Shown: positions 1 through 11,800 of the stretch, in pieces
Position numbering within the stretch: position 1 is the stretch's first letter
How the letters are laid out: every line of letters begins with the position of its first letter
Origin: Tubiluchus corallicola
Taxonomy: Eukaryota > Animalia > Priapulida
Reading direction: 5' to 3'
Length of the DNA: 64,000 nt
Assembly: GCA_030141605.1 (NCBI GenBank)
Contig: JAQGDQ010000001.1
Coordinates: 682,001 to 746,000, forward strand
Notes under the pieces: generated by a model
Database searches by the model: none
Told to the model about the DNA's origin: nothing
What the model saw: the letters and a program-made list of their open reading frames with translations, nothing else
Made by a program: the position numbers and the translations under genes

Positions 1-1060
1 ATCCGAACGTGAGTAAAACACCTCAGCTTGTTTAGAGTGTCGTCTCAGAGGATAAGCCCTGAGGTCGGGGTTTACTAGGCGGAGAATTGTACAAAAATTC
101 TTACGCAAATACTTTACAAAAACACATATACTCATCACTAAAAACTTAAAACCGTGTATGAAACATAAGTAATATGATTGGATATACACATCCAAACATT
201 AACAAAATACATATTGTGACGCTTTTGAGCAGGCTGAGATTTCAGAAGTTAAATATTGCCTGCTCGGGCTAATACCTTGTTAAATTAGCTGCAGAATAAT
301 TTTTATACAATTCGGATGTTTGTATGACGCTCAAATGCGAGGTAAACAGCCAAGATCGGCATGGCAAATGCAACCAACAGCAGCAGGAATTGAAGCGGTT
401 TACTCATCCAAAAACTGACCACCCTCAGCGTGAAAGCGTGTAATACTGCAATCACGCAGCCATGTACCCGGCTTCAAAAGTGAGTATCAATAGTGTAGAT
501 CAAAATAAAAAGGTAAAATAAATCCAACAACCAAATCAGTGAGACTAGAAAAACATGGTACTGCACAGCCTACACAGATGATTTCAACGCAAAATAGTGG
601 GATTTGGTGTTATTGTGTAGAAAAGTAGCGTTTGGTTACAACATAATTTACGAGAATGACTTTTCATTATAGGTTACATTGCAAAAAGTATTTATTTATT
701 CCTGTAAATTCCTCTAATGGCAATAAAATCCTGTTGTGAATCTTTTAAATTTCCCGTTAAATACTAGAAAGGGCACCTATATTTTAGCACATGTAACTTT
801 TTGTAGTGAAAGAGCTATTTTACGAATGACTATTTATATTACAACAGAAGAAAAAATGACGAGCAATCAAACGATCACTTGATAGACGTGCTAAAACTCC
901 TAAACTAGCAAAACCTCAGTCCGTGAAAAACTAGCATGGTAAATGGGAAAATGTCGTTCTGCAGACCTCAGCAGCCAAAGTGGCAACATGAAATTTTAGT
1001 GGATCTCAAAACATCTAAAATAAGACTTTCTTTTCCTAGAAATGGTTTTGTACACCATAC

Positions 1061-1402
1061 CTCACTAGCCATAAGCGCATTGTTGATACTGGTATTCCTC
1101 CAGTCGGTCGGGTTGGCTCTTGTCAGAATAACCTGTCGAGAATTGTCCAGCAGAGGCTCCAGTTTTAACTGTGAAGACATGGACAGCCTACCCACCGGAT
1201 CTGTCTTCAATCTCTGTGTTGACATAGAATGATAATAATTTCCAGCCGTCCTTGGACGAAAAGACACACCAGCACTTCTGTGTGTTCCTGTTGTCATAGG
1301 TCTATGGGCGCCAGAGTACATCAGACTTTGTGGTAAATAATCAGCGCTCCTGGCGTAAGCATCACTAATGCTACGCGTGTATTGAGAGTACAAACCTGCC
1401 AT
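1061..1402 (-). CDS. First coding exon of a divergent tektin-3/5-like ciliary filament protein (partial gene; downstream exons not found in the window, probably left of it)
   Basis: ATG at 1402; the exon is bounded by acceptor GTTTTACAG (1450-1442) and donor GAG|GTATGG (1060); an in-frame TAG lies just upstream of the ATG. The peptide ...NYYHSMSTQRL...LKLEPLLDNSRQVILTRANPTDWRNTSINNALMASE resembles the tektin-3/5 head ending in TRYTPxDWxxSNxxNYxxS. An X-box upstream supports a ciliary gene. The coiled-coil body is not visible. Confidence 0.6.
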
Positions 1403-1463
1403 GACCTAAGTATCCAACTTGGAATCCTTTAAAATAGGACTCTGTAAAACACCAAAAATGCAC

Positions 1464-1554
1464 CAGATTAAAACCTTAAACTCAAAAGGCACGCAGATTA
1501 AAACCTTAAACTCAAAAGGCACGCAGATTAAAACCTTAAACGCAAAGACACGCA
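1464..1554. repeat. 30-bp tandem repeat, about 3 copies
   Basis: Unit CAGATTAAAACCTTAAACTCAAAAGGCACG occurs twice exactly, plus a degenerate third copy, directly next to the acceptor of the tektin-like exon. Confidence 0.95.
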
Positions 1555-3146
1555 AGAACTTGCTTACACCTTGAATAAGTCAGTTTGCATCACTTTGAAA
1601 AATTGTTGTCCACACATACTGGACGTGTTTATCATTTATAACCACCTGCGATACTGCCAGTGGTCTTCGAGTTTTTAACATATTCTTATTTTGGTTAGGT
1701 GCAACAAAATGACTAAGCTATAAATTTTAGTATTCGTCAAATGTGGTAAGGCCAACAAATACGAAATTCTATAGGTATAATTATTTACCCTGATTAAAAT
1801 GCAATGGATAGCCGTGTAGCCGTAGACCCACATACCGAACAAACGTCTATAGGTGATATAGTCTAAACATCTAAACTTTATATAGCACATAAATTAATCT
1901 CTTGATATCACCTTTATCCAAGGTAATAGTCTTGCAACTCGTCCAGAATTTGTATACATATTCTGACGGTTAATCGTTACTTAAAAAAACTGCAGAGCTT
2001 AAGAACCAAATGGATGCGTCCAAGCTCACAGTACGTCTCAGTGCAATATACCTGACTGGTTGGCAGTGGACTAAACCAGCATTTGTTATGCCCTAAATGG
2101 CAACACTTCACAAAATTAAGCTGACTCAAGTAATGAAGGCTAATGAGCTACTCAGATCCACGGATTATCAAGAGCAATGATACTCAACTTAATTTTGTAC
2201 GATTGTTTTCACAAAGGTTTTTGACAAATCGTGATTACGCATTCTAAAATTTGTTTTTCAATATATTCGAAATTCCATGCAATTTTTCGTAAAAAAGGCG
2301 TGAACTTTACAACCTTTACATGGTTTTGGCAGATATTTATTCATATTTTTCTGATTTCATTGTTTCGTAATTTTGACTTTAATAATTTATTACCATTTCT
2401 TCTAAAAGACGACAGGCTCTACTTGCAAAGAAAGTACAAATAAATTTGTTCTAGAATATTCAGCGAAAAGATTAAAATTATTAATTCGAAGATGTAAACT
2501 TACGTGGAGCTGAAAAAAGCACAGAAGCGTAAACCTGCAAAAATATGACATAAAGATATTATGCAGCACTTTCTATCATTCTGACCGCGAGGATTGAAGA
2601 CTAATTAAATTCAAACAGTTCAATTAATGCAATAATTTCCTGCTTCTAAATTAGGACGTGCCAGAATAATCCACTAGTGAAATAACTCTGCACATTTTCT
2701 TTATCATAAGCCCATGCAGTAACGGCTCCTAGTTAGAGGCAGCATTGCGCAAATTAGCGCTGCCTTTTCAATTATTGTAGTAGTAGTTCCAAATGTCGTC
2801 TATCTAAGTAGACGTCAGTGCACAAATCGATCTAAAGATTAGTTCTACACATAATACACGACAACGAAAAGTTATCTCACTCGTATAAGGAAATCACAAA
2901 ACCTACAAACGCTTGAACATAATTTTATACATATTTTACTTGCCAAGTATATGTATACTCGCCACAGGCCTATTCAATTATGAACATTTTCATTTGCCAC
3001 TCCTCACTCCTAGACCACGAGACCTTTGAAGATTTTTCACTAACGAATACAAATATTTATGGGAATAAGTGAAATCCGCCTACCTGATCAGAAACACCTC
3101 GAATTTATAATGATTCTCTTTTTCTGAAGCTCATTAAGTCTCCTTG

Positions 3147-3159
3147 GTTGCATAGTAAC
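3147..3159. promoter_or_regulatory. RFX X-box-like motif upstream of the tektin-like gene
   Basis: GTTGCATAGTAAC matches the RFX palindrome GTTGCCATGGCAAC (13-bp spacing variant). It lies about 65 bp from a minus-strand donor CAG|GTAGGC at 3083 that could end a non-coding first exon. Confidence 0.55.
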
Positions 3160-5847
3160 AGACCGTAAACGTCTACTTATTGTTTAGCTGGTAGTTAAGC
3201 ACAACCTCGAGCATAGATGACTTAGCCAAAACTTAATGCATAATTAATGCTGAGTAGTCTAGCTAGTTATGCAAAATACTAACTGCGCTGTATTTCCACT
3301 TTTTAATCTACAGATATGTCGTTCTCAGGGAATATCCACTTAGATTCCTGAATTTTGATTTAAACGTTTAGCAAACTTTTTATGGTAGCTTACAGCGTCG
3401 ACCAAATGCTTTGTTTGCTTGGCCCGATATGGCTACAGGCGTTTGTTTTTCCAGATTTTACAGAGTGCTCAAGTTTCTTTTATCAATCTAGTAGGAGAAC
3501 GAATTCTTTTTATTGTTTTGCATATAACAGTGACACCTATAGACTAAATATTTTTCATGATAAATATCGTATTCTGTCTGTTGCGTATACAAAATTAATA
3601 TTACGTTACAGGAATCATGAATAACCTTCTGTGCACAAAATTTATTAGCATGATTTTTACGCTACATTGCAATTAAAATATTTCTTCTTCCATAATATTT
3701 AAAACCAATTCACATTTTCTCGATCCAAATTTAAACACTCATTCTGGTCTCTCTATAAAATTATTTTTGCAGTTTTAATTACCTGTTTATCATTTGCTGA
3801 CGTTGTCATCTGTGATCAAGTGGCTTAAGCTTAATGATTTCCCCTCATTTTTAAGAAAAAATGCGCATCAACTGAGTTTCTTTTAAGTTATGACATATCA
3901 AATCACAGATGTTTTTGAAAACCTAGTTTGTATATATGAACGTTTCCCAGCATTAATAAGTACCCTTTCATGTCATACACACATAACACCTGTACCAATA
4001 GCCATATACTCCACAATAATTGCTGGAATTGATACAATCTCCAAGTCAGCGAACATTTTTGAACACTAGCTCCCTATAAATTAAGAAAGTCAATTACCGT
4101 AATACTGGGAGGTCAAACATGTCGTCAGCTTCACTCAGTATGCCTGAATAAAGAAATCTAGCACACAAATGTCTAATGCACGCAACATGATCTACACAAT
4201 TATGGGCCGTTTAATATATTGTACGTATTAACATTACCCATCATTGGCTGTCATTAAAATACCAGTTACCGTTCAGTTGTATATCCGGAACCTCTTCCTG
4301 TAGTTATCATGCAACAGTTTTTAGGTAAGGGGCCTCAGTCTCTTTAACGTATGCTTTATTGTTAAATTTATGATAAGGTTTAAGCATAGAGGATATCATA
4401 TTCTCTTAGTTTTCAACATAAATCAAAGACAATGTTAGATAATAAAAACCACACTAATTTATTATTGTCACCGGAAATATATGACTACACATCTATTCCT
4501 TAATACTAAGAATCAAAATAGGTATTTTTATTACTTGTCTTTAGTTCAATAAACTAATTACACTGTATGTATTTCTCGTTTCGCCAATTTTAAAGAAATG
4601 CAATCTCCAATTTAGTGCCACAAACATCCCATAATGCGAAACTTTGCAGTGCACACGTACGTAAACTGCGCTTCCGAACTAACGCTCCGTAGTAATACTA
4701 GTATTTAAAACTATACTAGGAGTACTACAGTAGTCTAGCTGTGACTACCTATCGTACTGAAACTGATGTTTTAAGGCCTAAAACTAATTTCCAATGAGAT
4801 GTGTTAATCCAAATATAATGTTTAATACAGGTAAAAAATTCAAGATTTTACCACACACACACATAGTAGTTTAAACTGAGCCCTACATAGCACAGTACAT
4901 TGCATTAATTGCTTTTTCTATGCTTCATTCACAAGTTGCTGGTGAAGTCCATTTTTAGTTCACACAAGGGAAGCCACATCATTCTAGTAATGATGCAATA
5001 CGTAAAAGACAGTACATACTTCTTTTTTTAATAGACAACTTCTTTTACCTCCCAATTTCTAACAATACAAGAAAAACAAAACATTCCTTCAGTTTCCTTG
5101 GCTAATGAAGTAAAGTCCTTCAACAGTCCAATAGATAAACAATGTTAGTAATAAAAAGTCGCAAATTGCTTTTGATTACAAATGCCGACTATGTAGTACA
5201 CCAATAAATTTCCGGGATGAAACTAAAAATAAAAGAATCCAGTCAAATTTTCACAGGTGCAATTGTTTCTTGAACGAGATTCACTATAGAGGACATGTTT
5301 TGTATGAATGTGCTCACTAATACTTCTGGTTTTAAAAAAAAACAGATGATCAAACAAAATAGGACTACAGGAGAAACAAAAAGCAAAAGTTCGTCAAACT
5401 AACAATGTTACAAAGAAGTTACAGCTATTAAACTAGTTTTGAAGACTGGAAATAATTAAAAAAACAGTTGGCACTGTAAGAAACAGAAGTTGCTAGCACA
5501 TTTGAGGTTTCTGGGGATAAAAGCTAACAAGTGTGGTCATGCATTTTAGATAATTATTTCTCTCGTTTGCTGGTTCTCACAGATTGCAACAAAGAATAAG
5601 GTCAGACAAGTGGCATACCCATGGGTAATGACCATTGCTAATCAGTGAGCAGCTAATGGAAGCTAAATTAGCATTCTCAAATAGGAAACTGAACAAAAAG
5701 CAACAGGCACAGAAAGATATGCTAAAAATATTGAACAAATTCAAAACGGAACTTGTAGTATGCAGAAAACTTATCATCGGACTAAAAAGCTTGAAAAAAA
5801 ATAACTCTGCAGAGGAAGACATTTAAAAATGTGCAATTCTTGAGTAT

Positions 5848-8800
5848 CTAATGACATCTGCCATCCCAAATCTGCTTGGCTTGATTGATGTAACCTGCAA
5901 TCCAATGTGCAGACTTCATATCAGGACAAGTTACACTCTTGCCTGCACTGGTTCCACCAAACAATCCAAAACCGAGTCCTTTCTTCTTCTTCTTAGGCTC
6001 TGCAAAGATGATCTTAATGTGATTGTCATGTACAGCAGGTAGATCTTTAAATTCATCATATCCAACTTGCCAGTCTGAAGTCCATTGTCCAAAAACTTCA
6101 CCTCGAATTACCATTACTATTCGTTTGTCAGTTACCAGCAAAATGTATTTGATATCTTTAGGGTCCAACACCAAATGAGCAACATACAGATCTGTTATTG
6201 CTATTTTGCCTTTATCAACATCCCTCAACACCTCATAACCTTCAGCCTCACGTAGTCGATAAGGTTTCAGGACCCCAGTAACTGGTATTAGCCTTGGCGG
6301 TCTGTACCTTCTCACTTCGTCTGCCATGTCTGTAGCTCTCCTAATGCCTTCTAGAGAAGTACTTGCAAAATCGACTACCCCACTCGTCGGCCTAGCAACA
6401 ACACCTATTAATCCCTTACCAACTCCCTTAAAGAAACCCTTAGCACCTTCCTGCTTTGCGCCTTCTACAGGTTTCACAACTACTCCGGTTACACCATCCC
6501 AAACGCCCATCACTAGTCCTTTGCCACCTTGTGCTAGCCCAGAAGTAAGGTCTGTTGGGCGCTTATTTAACTGTTCTTGTCTTTTACGCTGATACTCATC
6601 ATCTAGCGTCAAAGTAGCAAGGCCCTTTCCTAAAGTTCCAGTAATGCGTCCAACAGCCCCAGCAGCACCTCCAACTACACCACCGAACAGACTTCTAACT
6701 CCTAATGCCAGCCCTTCTGCAAATTCCTCTGGACCTTGCACTGCCCCTTGTATTGGTTCATAGAACAAGTCTGTTACGCCTTCCTTTACACCAGTGATCA
6801 GTCCAAAAGGATTACCCAAGACATCAAGACCTAAAACTAAAACATAAAGCTGCTTGATAGCTTGGCCGGTGTAGTGTATAGTTGCTTCATGAATGATTTG
6901 TGGTTGTGTATAAAAAGAGTTGTTCCTCTCAAAATAAGCCAACTTAAAAACAACATCCTGTATTTCAGTCAGTGTCACACCAACACTTTTAAGTAGTAAG
7001 CCAATGACATTAGTGTGAAAAGCGACCGATTTCTTTTTCTCACCAGATGCACCATGCTGTGAAAAGCTGATGTGTACTTTTAATGGGGAGAAATGCATAA
7101 TGTCATAATAGTTCTTGGGTCCTTGTGTCAAAACAGCGGTGCTTAATACTTCGTGTAGATCAGTCTCTAAGAGTTTCTTATCTACTTCCATCTGGTCTTT
7201 ATCAAACACTTTATGCTCTGTGTCAGCTGTGAAAAGTGAGATCATAGCATTAATAAAACCCTGATCAACCTTCAAAGCCATCTCCTGAATAAGAACTTTG
7301 AAGTACTTAATTTGAGGAATGTCACTGTGTTCAACAGAACGTTTCATTACACTCATTTCAATGAATGGTTTTGGAACACTCTCAGCTGCAACAGATTTTG
7401 GTGGTGGAATCGGAGCTAAAACAACTGAAAACACGCATGCAGGAAGTTGATTGTCAATTTGAATCTTGTTGATTTTTGCATGAAGTTGTGTAGAATGAAC
7501 TGACTGTTTAAGATTTAGCCATATTCCATGTTGGAAGCTTCGGCGTACCCGACACTTTTTGGGTTTGTACATCATCATTTCAGCAAAATCAATTTCCATC
7601 TTATTCTCCATGGAATGCTTGGCTTTTGGAGTCTTTCCCTCACTGATTTCGCCGATGTATTTCTGATAATGTTTTTCAACGATTTCGCTGTCTTTTAATT
7701 TCATACCTTTAAAGCGCTTCTTCCGAATTTCCCAAATGACCCCTGAGCTGCTGATAGACAAATAGGAAACCTCCATTCTATTTATGTCATTAACTAAAGA
7801 AATCCCCAATCCTTGCAAAGATAACTGAATCTCCTGATCAGCAACCTCTAGCTCACCGGCTTGTTGTGCCATTGTGGCGAGTACCAAATCTTGCGTGAAC
7901 ATGACCACCCTCTGCATGCCATCAAGAAATGATACAAAGTAGACTTTCATATCTGAATTGGCAAAAAACTCTTCAACAGTATCACTAAGCAAGGAGTTCG
8001 TCTGATTTTTCTTTTCCCCGCATGACCATTGCAATTCTCGTTTTAGATCAAGTGGATCTTGCCAAGCATAAAGGATGACCGATTTTGGTGGAAGGGTAAG
8101 AAGATCACTTTTCACTCCCTTCTGATTATATTCGATGTTGCATGTGTCAGTGTGGTTAACGATCTGCACGGCAGCCATGCCTTTAAAATACTCATCCAGT
8201 GTGATTATTATGGATGATTCATTAACCTGACAATCAACACTGATGCCCCCAGTTTCATTACTGAGTTTTAGCAAAGTACTATGCAATTTGTTGCAGTAGA
8301 AAGGTGCAGTAGTTTCACTCTGACCCTTGAATTTTGCCTCCAGCTGTTTGTTTTTGCTGTCAGTTTGTTCAGGAAAGAAAGGAACACATTGTCCTGCCAG
8401 AATATCTATCCACGCTGTTCCCTCCATGACCTCCCTAATTTGAAAATCATAGTTGGATTTGTTTACAACCATGTAGAATGGTGTAAAAATCAATATTTTT
8501 GTCAAACCAGAGGTGGCTAAAGTATTAGTGATTCCGATCTCTACTGTTCTCTTTCCGTTTTTACAAGACACCATGCCAGAACTCCCAACGGTATCAACAG
8601 AAAATTTATCCGACCAGTCGGAGTCACCAATTTTCAGTGATGCCTTTTTCTTTCCAAAAAAGCTTTTCGGCTTAAACGAAAACAGCACAGCTTCTGACAT
8701 ATCAGGTGGATGAGTAATAATACCAGCATCAGAGCTTTCGCCTTTTTCTGTCCCCCTCTGATAATAGAGTGTCTGGCCGGTTTTGTTCACCATCCAATAT

Positions 8801-11800
8801 GGACAATACAGGGATATGTACTGAGTATTATTAACAATTATTGTGTGCAGTCCAAATTCAAGCATGACTTTCTGATTCCCATTCATCGTGGCAAAAGTGA
8901 CTACAGCAAGGTCATCTGGATCAGCCTTCAGTTCAACCTTGCATTGCCAATTTTTGTTTAAATACTCCATCACTCTTAATTCCATGCCACATTGATCAGT
9001 ACATGCGTTATACAATGGTATAGTGTCACCGTGCTCGATCACCGCCTCAGAAGCGGTACCAGGAAAAGTGCAGCAGATACGGTATGGTAACAAATTTGTT
9101 AACATAGCAGTAGGACGAAGAACAAGAGTAAAGATCTCCTCTTCTTCATCTCTTGTGTTTTCCAAACGGACATTCTCGGTTTCTCGAGTGACACTTAAAT
9201 AAAATGAGGCATAACCTTCAGACTCAGATTTACACTCCAGTAACACATGATCCGACAAAGGTTTTAACCAACTGCAGCCATTCGAAATTTTATAAGAACA
9301 AGCCTCGTCCAATGGTTTGAAAAATAAATTACAGTCAGCATAAACAGCTTCCAAGGATGGATTAAAAACTTTACCAGGGCTAAGAGTACCAATCTTAATC
9401 ATGGTGCCTCCCTTCTGGTAAAAAGCTTCTACTGAAATGGCCAAGTCATTAAAGATCTGAACAGGAGAACGAATAGTTGCAATTTTTTGCCCGTCAACTA
9501 CTTCAACCTGGGATACGAATGACCAGTCTAGTCCTGTAGAGGATTTCTCGGGAAGACGAAACAAACGTTTTTCATCTTTCATAATGCGGATGTTCCTTGC
9601 AGAATCATATTTAACGATTTTCACAGTTACACGACGATCAAATGCTTCTACCAACTGACGCAATGATTCAACTTGCAGCTCTTGGGCTTTAAAAATGAGA
9701 GGCAAAACACTGCCATGCCGCAATATCATATTACTATCCCCACGAGCTTGAAAGCTATCATCTGGTGCCACCTCGACATCTAGTCCAGTTTCATTTTTTA
9801 CAATACAAGCAGCGTCAACAAAATCAGCAGGAGTAGCAGATTCTACCAAAAGGACAGCATCACCAAATGCCTTACCCAAATTAGTTAAAACTGCCAAACA
9901 AGTTTTACTGACTGTTAGCTGCAACATATCCATGGAAATGAGAGTTATTGACATGAGAACGGGTCTAGTAGTAATAATTTCCAAATCAGTATCTGAATCT
10001 GAAACAGGTGCAGGTAGGGGAGGATTCTTTTCAATTTTTAAACTTGCTTCCCAAGGACGAAATTTCGTTGCTCCATCAGGAAGGACAGGCTCTAAAAGAG
10101 GTTCCCATGTTGCCAATCTTTCATTGTAATACGCAATTTCTAAAGTAAGCATAGCAACAATTTCCATGTTTCCACTCCACTCACGCACTTCAGTTGAAAG
10201 TGAGCTTTCCAGTAAAATCATGGGCACAGTCCGTGCTTCTACACCTGCTTCTACCCTAACCATAATGCTATTCATGTTCAAAAGTAGCTGCTCTCCCTTT
10301 GGTTCAACAATTTCCAGATCTTCAATAATTTCTTGCTGTTCTGAAGCTTCAAAGTCGGTATCTTGGAGGAACCACAAGTTCTGAGATTCCAAATCTTTGA
10401 TTTCCCATAAATGTGTCAAATTTGTTGCTGCTTTACTAATATCTGCAGGTGCTTCAGCTTCACCCATGGCAGAGACTATGCCTGCAAGATAAAGAACATA
10501 TAGGGACTATATGGTTACAGCAATTGCAAAGCATGTATCATGCTCAAATTGTAAATTTAACAAAACAAATTACACTTAGAAACAACAAATTTTAATTCAA
10601 TTAACTAATCAGAATCGCATTTCAAGAAATTTTTGAAAAACAAATTTACTGACACTGCTTTGTACCTAGAATCAACTTACAAATGCAGATGCTATTTAAT
10701 TCTGATTCTTATATGTGACTTTTCCTATATTACTGCTAATTCTCAAAAAAGTGACTACAAAATAATTTTCTAATTTGTTGAAATCAACACTGACTATAGA
10801 TTCTCGATATCCAGATCTTCATTATATCAAGAATAACATGCACTTTGCTATATTGTTTTATTCCTCGTTTACCTACAGGTTATAGTATTATATATATATA
10901 TATATATATATTATTAGTATTAGTATTAATATATTTTTTGCTAATTAACATAAACAGGTCAGTTCAGACGAGCAGGTGCAGAGGCCATGTCTAAATTATT
11001 ATGCACACTTAATAATGAAAATTCATTAAAAACACAACAGGGGCTACATTAGCCAGCTATGAAAGCGGTGAAAACAACCACTAAAATGTGCCAGCACCTT
11101 ATCTGTACTAGTGAAAATATTTTGTTTGCTAACTGCTGTTATGAATGGTGAAGTTAGAAAAAACAATTGTATGTTTACAGATGATAACTTTTCACATGAT
11201 TTCATGGTTTAATAAGCAAATGTTAAAAGTAGAATCTCTAGTAGCCTGAGGCTTTACAGTACCCGATATTAAGCGTATCGTAGCAGGTGACACTGTGATA
11301 ACCACGCTGGTTAGGTTAACATCAATCTTCTGTCCTTGACCTTGAGGTGTATTACTGAATAAAGTAATGTCCACCTGATTCATGACCTGCTTCATTTGTC
11401 CCTCACGTTGATCCCTCTCAAATGGGCACGACATTATCTGCAGCTGGCCAACCGTGCCATTTATTTGCTAAAAAGTCAAATATAAATATTATTAAAGGGC
11501 CACTAAAAATGAAATGTATATTTCAAACACCTATCCGGCACTTTAGTTAACAGCGATTAGACTAGAGTACTTTTTGGGAGAGTAGAACACAGAGATTTTT
11601 GTGTCTAAAAGCGAGCAACACCTCCATCCATTCGTATCAATTTGACCAAGTTAAAGCTTTTTTCTAAAAGTAGGCAATGTAGTCATTCCTAACTGTTTGA
11701 ATGAACTGAATGGTAAAAATGTATGCCATTTTGTAAAATTAACGTTGAAAGACAAATAAAAAAAATAAAGTAATACCAAATCTTTACATAAAAGCGGTTT

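Noticed and set aside
5780-5850. Stop-codon readthrough or selenocysteine recoding at the VPS13 stop
   Set aside because: The stop is TAG in a non-leaky context, the protein ends where the PH-like domain should, and no SECIS-like element is evident.
5851-10384. Plus-strand ORFs overlapping the large VPS13 exon (and similar ones at 17133-18605, 22360-22683 and antisense to ATG9)
   Set aside because: Antisense shadows of real coding exons, with no independent motifs.
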